A stretch of DNA of 64,000 bases. Origin: Candidatus Latescibacterota bacterium. Lineage in GTDB: Bacteria; Latescibacterota; UBA2968; UBA8231. The translations under genes and the position numbers were made by a program. Of this stretch, positions 54,953 to 64,000 are shown piece by piece. The number at the start of each line of letters is the position of its first letter. Position 1 is the first letter of the stretch. The DNA lies in the NCBI GenBank assembly GCA_965215195.1, contig CBDCDC010000001.1, positions 384,001 through 448,000 on the forward strand, read 5' to 3'. The notes below the pieces were generated by a model. The model made no database searches and was not told the origin of the DNA. It saw only the letters and a program-made list of their open reading frames with translations.

Positions 54953-56026
54953 CTAGACGCCGCCGGTCGCGGTCGCCAAGCAGACCCAATCGCCGCTTGC
55001 GACCGAGCGGGCAATGGCGGCCATGGCCCGCATCGCTTGAGTTCCGTCCTCCACATCGGCCCCCATTTGGGGTGCGCCGTGCAGGACGACGTCGGCAAAA
55101 CCTTCGAGCTGGAGTCGGTAGAAGTGCGCGTCGGCCCCTAGCGGCCGGCGATATTGGCCATCGCGCACGGAGAAGCACTCGACATCGCTGGATTTCAAAA
55201 ACCACGGCAGGTAGGTTTTGCCGACGACGCTGCCGTGCTCGCCGTAGATGTGAAAGCCCTCGTGGTAGTCCATGCGCACGGCGACCGTCAAGTCGAGATG
55301 CCCCTGGCCGCCGTTTGCGAACTCCACTTCGACAAACCAAGAATACGCCCCAAACATCTCCTTGCGCCGACCGCGCACGGCCGCGAGCGGGCCGCCCAAA
55401 AAGCGGGCCACGTCGATCAGATGCGAGCCATGGGTCAGCATGAAGTAGCGCCGCTTGTCGCCTTTGGGATTACCCGCTGGCTTGCGCGCCGCTTCGCTGT
55501 GCAGGGGCCGGGGTTGGAGGTTGTCGGTCATGGTGTAGCGATAGGTCGAATCGCAATACCAAGCCTTGAGGGCCAACAGCGAGCCCATCTCCTCGCGGAT
55601 GAACTGCCGGGCAAAGGCAATGCCGGGATCAAAGCGCTTCATGTGGCCGACTTGGAGCGTACAGCCCGAGCTGGCCACGGCCTGACGCAGGGTTTCGCAT
55701 TCTTCCACGCTCGTTCCCAGCGGCTTTTCCACAAAGACGTGTTTGCCCGCGGCCAACGCCTGCAAGCTGAGCGGGACGTGGAACGCATCGGCCGTGGCGA
55801 TGATGACCGCTTCCACCTGCGGATCCGCGAGCATGTCGGCAAAATCGGCGTAGGTTTTCTCCGGTTGGTGAACGGCGGCCATGCGCTCAACTAGGTCCGG
55901 CGCTTGGTCGCACAGCGCGTACAGGCGCGTATTGCGGGCCTTGAGGCACGACTCAAAGTGGGCGAATTGGGCGATGGGACCGCAGCCCAACACGCCGACG
56001 GACAAAAGCTGGCGCTCTTTGTTCAC
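54953..56026 (-). CDS. Gfo/Idh/MocA family oxidoreductase
   Basis: GVLGCG.IA, KHVFVEKP, RFDP and HGSH motifs. Confidence 0.9.
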   Translation of the reverse strand: MNKERQLLSVGVLGCGPIAQFAHFESCLKARNTRLYALCDQAPDLVERMAAVHQPEKTYADFADMLADPQVEAVIIATADAFHVPLSLQALAAGKHVFVEKPLGTSVEECETLRQAVASSGCTLQVGHMKRFDPGIAFARQFIREEMGSLLALKAWYCDSTYRYTMTDNLQPRPLHSEAARKPAGNPKGDKRRYFMLTHGSHLIDVARFLGGPLAAVRGRRKEMFGAYSWFVEVEFANGGQGHLDLTVAVRMDYHEGFHIYGEHGSVVGKTYLPWFLKSSDVECFSVRDGQYRRPLGADAHFYRLQLEGFADVVLHGAPQMGADVEDGTQAMRAMAAIARSVASGDWVCLATATGGV

Positions 56027-56405
56027 GCGCTTCCTGTGGGCAAAATGGCGTAGGCTTCGATCTCAACGACCAAGTGCGGCTTGAGCAGAGCAGCTATGAC
56101 GACCAAGGTCGAGGCCGGCAAGATCGCGCCAAACACCTCGCTGTGGGCGCGGGTGACGCCAGCGGCGTGGGCTGCATCCGTGATGTACACGACCGTCCGC
56201 ACCACGTCGCCGAGGCTAGCGCCGGCCTCGGCGAGAGCCTCGGCGATGATCTGCAACGCCCCCTTGGCCTGCTCGTAGGCATCGCCCCGGTCCTGAGGCG
56301 GCTGGGCGCAGGTGCCAGCGACGTGGATGTGCCGGTCTATGCGCACGGCGCGCGAATAGCCGAACTCCGCGCCAAACGCGCTGCTGGTCGCTATGTTTTT
56401 GCGCT

Positions 56406-56409
<4 letters not shown>
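56023..56409 (-). CDS. RidA/YjgF family protein
   Basis: GYSRAVR, VAGT, DVVRT, PASTLV and VEIEA motifs. Confidence 0.9.
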
Positions 56410-58325
<1,916 letters not shown>

Positions 58326-58423
58326 AACTTGCAATAATTACGGAAAATTGGCGCACATGGGCTACTCTGCTGTTCGCTAATTTGCCATCTTCTCAGTCCA
58401 CCTTTCTCCAAAGGAAGTCCCCC

Positions 58424-59212
58424 ATGAATGCAGACGACAAATACCTTTTTGATCTGACGGGCTATTTGCTCCTCAAAGACGTGCTGACCGCCGAGGAGGT
58501 GGCCGCGCTCAACGCCGGCATCGACCGCCACCGCGACCGTATGGGCGAGATAGACCGCTCGCTGTCCGGCGACTCGCAGGCCCTGCAAGGGACCTCGCGG
58601 CGCAAGGACTTAGGCGGCATGTTGGCTTGGGAGCGGCCCCATTGCGAGCCGTTTCGCAAGTTGCTGGTCCATCCCAAGGTCAAGCCTTATCTCGAAGAAA
58701 TTTTGGGCCGGGGGTATCGCCTCGACCACGGGCCAGGTCTCATCGCCATGGACGCGGGTTGCGAGGGCGGGCTTTTGCACGGCGGCGGGGTGGAGCGCAA
58801 GGATATATCCGAGGCGTACTTCTTTAAAAACGGCCGCATCTTCACCGGGCTGACCGTGGTCGAGTATCTGCTGGCCGACGAGGGCCCGGGCGACGGCGGC
58901 GTGGCGGTGATCCCGGGTAGCCACAAGGCCAACCTCGCCTGTCCGCAGAGCATGATTAAGTGGGAAAAGCACCAAGAGCACGTGCTCGAAGTAAACGGCA
59001 AGGCCGGCGACGCGGTGATCTTCACCGAGACCTTGACGCACGGGACCTTGCCGTGGACGGCCGCGCACGAGCGGCGGGCGCTGCTGTACAAGTTCAGCCC
59101 CGGCACCCTGTCCTATGGCTCGGGAGCGCACCAGACAGCGTATTCCGATTACATCGAGGACATGACCGATGAGGAGCGAGCCGTGATGGAAGCACCGCAC
59201 ATTAGGCGGTAA
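58424..59212 (+). CDS. PhyH-family Fe(II)/2OG enzyme with non-canonical HxG
   Basis: FDLTGY, LLHGG, VIPGSHK and GDAVIF..LTHG...RR motifs. Confidence 0.88.
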   Translation: MNADDKYLFDLTGYLLLKDVLTAEEVAALNAGIDRHRDRMGEIDRSLSGDSQALQGTSRRKDLGGMLAWERPHCEPFRKLLVHPKVKPYLEEILGRGYRLDHGPGLIAMDAGCEGGLLHGGGVERKDISEAYFFKNGRIFTGLTVVEYLLADEGPGDGGVAVIPGSHKANLACPQSMIKWEKHQEHVLEVNGKAGDAVIFTETLTHGTLPWTAAHERRALLYKFSPGTLSYGSGAHQTAYSDYIEDMTDEERAVMEAPHIRR

Positions 59213-59221
59213 AATAGTCCA

Positions 59222-59337
59222 ATGAAACGGTAAACCAACGTAGTTTTGCCCACCTGCCTCGGGCCGCCGACAAAGACCATGCGCTGGTCCAAATCTTCTG
59301 CGATATGGCTTTCGAGATAGCGGCGCTGGAAGGGCAT
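59222..59337 (-). pseudogene. 5' stub of an AAA_14-type ATPase (Walker A only)
   Basis: MPFQRRYLESHIAEDLDQRMVFVGGPRQVGKTTL, then it runs antisense into the PhyH 3' end. AT-rich leader. Confidence 0.75.
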
Positions 59338-59502
59338 GGGATAAACTACCGCGCGAAAATGAACCCGAACTCCAAAATTATCAATACAAAAATGGAGTTG
59401 GCTCCCAAATTATCAGGTAGGTGAGCGCACCAGATGAAGTCCAACCTAAGTTGACGCAGGCGGATCGGGAATGGGCTGCTGGCCGACCGCAGTACAGGAG
59501 GA

Positions 59503-61347
59503 TCACCTAGCGCTGCGCAGCAGGAACACGCGGTCGCTGTTGAAGTAATCGCCGACCCGCTCGTCGCGATAGGCACCACCGGCGATCAGCAGGCGGCCGT
59601 TGACAGCGGCGGCCGCGCCCCAGCTAACCGGCAGGGGCAGGTCCGGGCCGCGACGCCACTGGCCGGTAGCCGGCGCGTAGGCAAAGGTCGCCGTCTGGCC
59701 GCCATCGGCCCCCCGTCCTCCCATGACCCAGACGCTGCCGTCGAAGGCCGTGCATAGAGGGGCACTCGGAGGCCGCGACGGGTGCTCAATCTGGCTCCAG
59801 CTATCCTGCGCCGGGTCATAGACGAACAGACCCGGACACTGGGACGAAGGACCCGCGGCGATGTAGAGCCTGCCGTCCAAAACGCAGCCGCTGGCCTGCA
59901 ACACCGGGCCGGGCGCGGGGGCGTCAACCCGCCAATTCTTCTCCCCAACTCCAATGCTCAGGACCTCTGCCGTCGCACCCTCGTCGTCGGCACCACCCAC
60001 CGCGTACAACCGGCCGTTGACAGTGAGGGCCACCACTTGCCCGGCTTTGCGCGGTAATGGCGGGCCGCGGCGATAGCGCCGCGTGCGGGGCTCGAAAATT
60101 TCGACGGTCGCTGTCGCCCGCGTCCCGCGGCCGTCGCGGAAGAGGCCTCCTAAAAGCCAGAGCTCGTCGTCGAGAGCGGCGATGCCAGAGTACGCCTTGC
60201 CCGGCTCGAGCATGGGCGGCTCCACGCGCCAAGTGCCCGAGGGAATGTGGTAGGACCACACGTGGTCGAGGTTTACCCACTCCGACGCTGGCCAGCCGAA
60301 GAAGGTCTTGCCCCCGGCCGTGTACAGACGGTCGCCAATGCGGGCAAAGATGTGGTCGTGGTTGCCCGCTGGCATCCGCGGCTGCTCGTCCCAGTGCTCG
60401 TGCCAAGGACTCTCAATGCCAGCGAGACGTTGGACTCGCCCGGCCTGCAACACCCAGAGGCTACCGGATCGGGTGTGCAGCAGCGCCTGCACCGGACCAT
60501 CCCCGCCCGTCTGGATCGCCCGCCAAGCCGGCGGGCCGTCAGCATCCACAGTCAGCGTGCGCAAGCTGCCATCGGCAAAGCCGACTAGGATCTGACCGCT
60601 GCCGCGTGCGATCGCAGTGATGCGGGCATCCACCGGGTTGGCAAAGGAGCGAGGATCGGCCGAGCGGGGATCGACGCGCAGGACAGAGGCTTCTAAGGCC
60701 ACCCAGACGAAACCGGCATCGTCGGTGACAACCCCCTGCCAAGAGCCAGCGAGTTGATTCGCCGGCAGGTTGAGGTGCTGCCAGCCGTGGGGATGTTGGT
60801 CCGTGAGAACGGCCAGATCTCGCCGCTGTCCATCCTCGGCGATGGCCCACACATTGCCGAAGGGATCGTCGCACACCGGCGTGATCTTCCATTCGGGCAG
60901 GGAGAAAGGCGCGGCCTCGAACATGGCGTCCCCCCGACGCACAGCACCGCATCCGGCGCACCAGACATCGCCCCAGCGCGTCGCCAGCAATGGGCCGGGC
61001 GACCGCTCGGGACGGAAGGAGGGCGTCCGGGCGACCGGCTCGCCCCCTCGCCGCGGGTAGCGCAGGACCTCGTCGTCGAGGGCCACCCACGCATCTCCGT
61101 CCGGGGCAATCTGCAGACCCCCGACGCGCCCCTCGCCGACGATCTCCCAAGTGCCGGCCGCGTCGGGGGCGTTGCGAGCGACGATTCCCCCAGAGCCAAG
61201 GACGGCGACATAAACCCGGCCGTCGCGGTCTTCGAGGAGGAGGCCCGGCCCGGTGGGCAGGCCCTCGGCCGCGGCAAATCCGGCGGAAATGACCATGAGG
61301 AAACCTATTCGATAGAGGGATCGGAGTGAGATGGAATCAAGCAGCAT
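59503..61347 (-). CDS. Two-propeller protein: N-terminal sensor-like propeller plus C-terminal Kelch repeats
   Basis: Blades APDGDAWV, DPFGNVW and DDAGFVWV, then Kelch repeats LYTAGG, LWLLGG, LYAVGG, VWVMGG and LLIAGG. Start may be 61296. Confidence 0.78.
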   Translation of the reverse strand: MLLDSISLRSLYRIGFLMVISAGFAAAEGLPTGPGLLLEDRDGRVYVAVLGSGGIVARNAPDAAGTWEIVGEGRVGGLQIAPDGDAWVALDDEVLRYPRRGGEPVARTPSFRPERSPGPLLATRWGDVWCAGCGAVRRGDAMFEAAPFSLPEWKITPVCDDPFGNVWAIAEDGQRRDLAVLTDQHPHGWQHLNLPANQLAGSWQGVVTDDAGFVWVALEASVLRVDPRSADPRSFANPVDARITAIARGSGQILVGFADGSLRTLTVDADGPPAWRAIQTGGDGPVQALLHTRSGSLWVLQAGRVQRLAGIESPWHEHWDEQPRMPAGNHDHIFARIGDRLYTAGGKTFFGWPASEWVNLDHVWSYHIPSGTWRVEPPMLEPGKAYSGIAALDDELWLLGGLFRDGRGTRATATVEIFEPRTRRYRRGPPLPRKAGQVVALTVNGRLYAVGGADDEGATAEVLSIGVGEKNWRVDAPAPGPVLQASGCVLDGRLYIAAGPSSQCPGLFVYDPAQDSWSQIEHPSRPPSAPLCTAFDGSVWVMGGRGADGGQTATFAYAPATGQWRRGPDLPLPVSWGAAAAVNGRLLIAGGAYRDERVGDYFNSDRVFLLRSAR

Positions 61348-61439
61348 TGTGGCCAGCTTTCGTTCGCATGGTACATCTTCTGTCGTTTAAGGGCGTGTAG
61401 AAGGAAGGTTTTGGTGCTCAGGAATGGTATTTTATTGCA

Positions 61440-61468
61440 ATAATATAGCAATCCTAAATCATTGACAA
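61440..61468 (-). promoter_or_regulatory. Putative sigma70 promoter of the Kelch protein gene
   Basis: Minus strand TTGTCA-17 bp-TATTAT, adjacent to the palindrome TATTGCAATA. Confidence 0.5.
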
Positions 61469-61590
61469 GACGATGCGCCTCGCGAACCATTCAAGTCATT
61501 TCGGATTGCTATCTTGGTGATGTCGGCTGTCGCGAAACGCAACTTATAACTGCATAACCTTACTACACGACACCAGCCCTCAGCCGGCCA

Positions 61591-61614
61591 AGGATCGAGG
61601 GCATCTTGCCCTCG
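61591..61614. repeat. REP-like hairpin, second copy at 53158-53181
   Basis: AGGATCGAGGGCATCTTGCCCTCG versus AGGATCGAGGGCGTCTCGCCCGCG (21/24 identical). Confidence 0.6.
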
Positions 61615-61640
61615 TCGAGGGCGGCCCCCCACCGATGCTT

Positions 61641-64000
61641 CTACCGCAGCAACAACATGCGGCGGGTTATGGCGAAGGAGGTGCCTTCCAGCCGATAGAT
61701 ATAGACCCCGCTGGCCATCTCCTCACCACTTTCGTCCCTGCCGTCCCAAGCCAGTACATGCGCCCCAGCCGCAAGATGGCCATCGTTCAGCACGCGCACG
61801 ATCTGGCCGGTTAGGTTGTAGATGACCAAGCGCGTAGGACCGGCCATGTTGGCGGGGATTTGGAAGGAGATTGCCGTGGAAGCATTGAAGGGGTTGGGCG
61901 CGTTCTGCTGCATGGCGGGACGGGCGGCTTCGGCGCGCAACCGGTATGCTTGACCCTCAACCACCACCACCATATCCACACCCAACCCAACAAAGGGCAC
62001 CAGCGCATCCGGGGCTAGAGCGTCGGTGCCGATCTCGACGATGTTCATGCCCAACTCGAACCCTACATCGACCCACAGCGCGTCTTGGCGGTAGAAAGAC
62101 CGGCCAAGCCAAGTCGCCATTTCAAATTCGTCTTCCACCGCAGTAGCAGCGAACGAATCGCCCACGGCCGAGTCCTCAACGCCTTGAGGTAGAGGCAAGG
62201 GCACCGACGCGATCTCCAAGCTGTCCTCGTTGCGGATGCGGCGGTCAATGGCGACAAACGAGGTGTACTGGGTGAGCAGGTTGTAGGCCAAGCCTAGCTG
62301 GGTGATCTGGGGACGTAGGGCGTCGCTGTAACTGGCCTGTTCATCGTCGCTCAGTTGGCCAATGCGGTGGCGGGCCCACAAATAGCGCAAGGCCCTGTTG
62401 GTGGGCTGGGCGTGGAAGGCGGATACGTCGAATTGGGCGCTGTACGCTTGGTCGCCAGTGCGGCCCCCTAACAGCACAGTGCCCGCGGCCGCACCGCGCC
62501 ACTTGCCAAAGACGATAATCGGCCGCTCGGCTAGCATGTCGGGGATGAAGGCTGGCTCCACTTCATAAGCGTCAAAACCTTCGAAGCCGGCCTCTACTTG
62601 GGTGAGGATGGGGGTGCTGATATAGGTCTGGAAGCGGGCGGCCTCGTTGGGGGCTTGACCCTCTTCAAGTACCACAAAAGGCTCGCCTTGGCCGGCCCGG
62701 GCGAGGCCCCCAATGAGGAAGCGATTGACCGACGAGCCAATGCCAAAGGCAAATAAACTGGCTTGACCCAAACGCTGGCGCACCAGCTTAAAGGCCGCTG
62801 CTTCAAAATCGACGAAACCATCGGTGATCACCGAGACGATGCGGGCATAGCCCTCCCCGGCCAAAGGCAGGTTGAAAGCGCTGCGAAGCCCGATGAGCAT
62901 CTCGGTACGGCCGCCGCCCTGTTGCCCGTCGATGAGGGCCCAGGCCTGGTCGAGATGCTCCTGAGTGGCCGGCAGCGAGCGGCGGGTGCTCAAGACCGCG
63001 GCCGCGCCGGCGAATAGCACGATGTTAAAGCGGTCCTCAGGGCGCAACTGGCCGAGCAGGTTTTTCATCAGGCCCTTTGACACCGTGAGGGGAAAGCCCC
63101 TCATGGAGCCGGATACATCGATCACAAAGATGTATTCGCGCGGCGGGATCTGGCTCGGCTCTGGACGGGCGGGCGGCTGGGCTATGAGCAAAAAGAAGTT
63201 CTCCTTTGCCCCCTCGTACAACAGCAGACCCGACTCAACCTGTTGGCCAGCTAGCTGGTAGTGCAAAATAAAATCGCGGTTGCCGCCAAAACCGCCCGCC
63301 GGGTCCAAGGTGAGGCGCAATTCGTCCGGGGTGTCCTTCTCGACGATCACTGCGTGGGTAGGACAGTCGTAGGCCTGGATGGGTAGGCCGGCGGCCAGAA
63401 TCATCTCGAGCGCATAGGTGTAGTTGGGATCTTCGCCCTCGTGCAAATAGGGAATGCGCTCGGCACCGCTTGGGGCCAAAATTTCATTGACCGCCTCGGG
63501 AGAATAGCGCGGACCGACCACAGTGGGCAAGACGAATTCGTACTGTTTTTCCGTGGGGATCAATAGTTCCGTATAGGACAGACGCACGGCAATGGAGTCG
63601 CCCGGCAGGATATTAGCCACGTTCATCTTGAAGACGTTGGGGCGCTCCTGTTCGAGGAGGGAAGCGGTCTGCCCCAATTCGCGCGCCTCTTCGTATTCCC
63701 GACGGGCCTGCTCGCGCTCGCGGATTTCGGCGGTAATTTCGCGGTCGGCGGTGTGCATCACCATGCCGTACACTGCGGCCCGGGTTGAGGCCGGGAATAA
63801 ATACACGGCTTCGAGCGGGCGGGTGCCTTCGTTGCGGTACACCTGCTCAATGGTCACGTCGGCGATGACCCCGGCAATGTGGACTTGGGCGGCCACCGAC
63901 TTGAGCGGCAGTTGGTCCACGGACGGATCGTCGGTATCGACGAAGAAGAACGGAGCTAGGGTCCTGTCGGCCGTAGATGGGGCTTGTTGGGCCGAGGCAG
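61641..64000 (-). CDS. VIT + VWA domain protein with a C-terminal FlgD/T9SS-type sorting domain (5' partial)
   Basis: The frame is open to the window edge (DRTLAPFFFV). VIT motifs, MIDAS DVSGSM, ITDG, FGIG and the CTD QNAPNPFN...WDGRD...SGVYIY...MLLLR. Confidence 0.88.
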   Translation of the reverse strand, partial: ASAQQAPSTADRTLAPFFFVDTDDPSVDQLPLKSVAAQVHIAGVIADVTIEQVYRNEGTRPLEAVYLFPASTRAAVYGMVMHTADREITAEIREREQARREYEEARELGQTASLLEQERPNVFKMNVANILPGDSIAVRLSYTELLIPTEKQYEFVLPTVVGPRYSPEAVNEILAPSGAERIPYLHEGEDPNYTYALEMILAAGLPIQAYDCPTHAVIVEKDTPDELRLTLDPAGGFGGNRDFILHYQLAGQQVESGLLLYEGAKENFFLLIAQPPARPEPSQIPPREYIFVIDVSGSMRGFPLTVSKGLMKNLLGQLRPEDRFNIVLFAGAAAVLSTRRSLPATQEHLDQAWALIDGQQGGGRTEMLIGLRSAFNLPLAGEGYARIVSVITDGFVDFEAAAFKLVRQRLGQASLFAFGIGSSVNRFLIGGLARAGQGEPFVVLEEGQAPNEAARFQTYISTPILTQVEAGFEGFDAYEVEPAFIPDMLAERPIIVFGKWRGAAAGTVLLGGRTGDQAYSAQFDVSAFHAQPTNRALRYLWARHRIGQLSDDEQASYSDALRPQITQLGLAYNLLTQYTSFVAIDRRIRNEDSLEIASVPLPLPQGVEDSAVGDSFAATAVEDEFEMATWLGRSFYRQDALWVDVGFELGMNIVEIGTDALAPDALVPFVGLGVDMVVVVEGQAYRLRAEAARPAMQQNAPNPFNASTAISFQIPANMAGPTRLVIYNLTGQIVRVLNDGHLAAGAHVLAWDGRDESGEEMASGVYIYRLEGTSFAITRRMLLLR

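Overview
This is GC-rich bacterial chromosomal DNA (about 60-65% GC by eye) with roughly 50 intact genes. I found no rRNA, tRNA, CRISPR array, transposase, integrase or reverse transcriptase. The gene content suggests an FCB-group candidate phylum such as Latescibacterota, possibly a marine or sponge symbiont. That is an inference from a TonB receptor/CTD protein/PorV module, a TWGxxK-tailed gene remnant, four PhyH dioxygenases, four Gfo/Idh/MocA oxidoreductases, sulfatases, a DUF6785-type membrane protein and several eukaryote-like repeat proteins. The backbone is catabolic and transport genes: a peptide ABC operon, a sugar ABC operon and aldolase/dehydratase/dehydrogenase genes. The main observation is that transposase-free accessory genes (AAA ATPase, AlbA regulator, MNT/HEPN, PD-(D/E)XK nuclease, PQQ-dehydrogenase-cytochrome c fusion) sit inside or between backbone operons. 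Many are bounded by short direct repeats that copy the host stop/RBS/start junction, and removing them in silico rebuilds clean operon junctions. The clearest case is a perfect 10-bp duplication at the oppB/oppC-like junction. Other points of interest are two PhyH enzymes lacking the iron-binding Asp (HxG and HxT, halogenase-like), a tandem chlorite-dismutase-like protein, a 155-bp MITE with a TTA target duplication, an 11-bp tandem array, and repeated loss of toxins while antitoxins remain. All family assignments come from motif recognition; no database searches were run.
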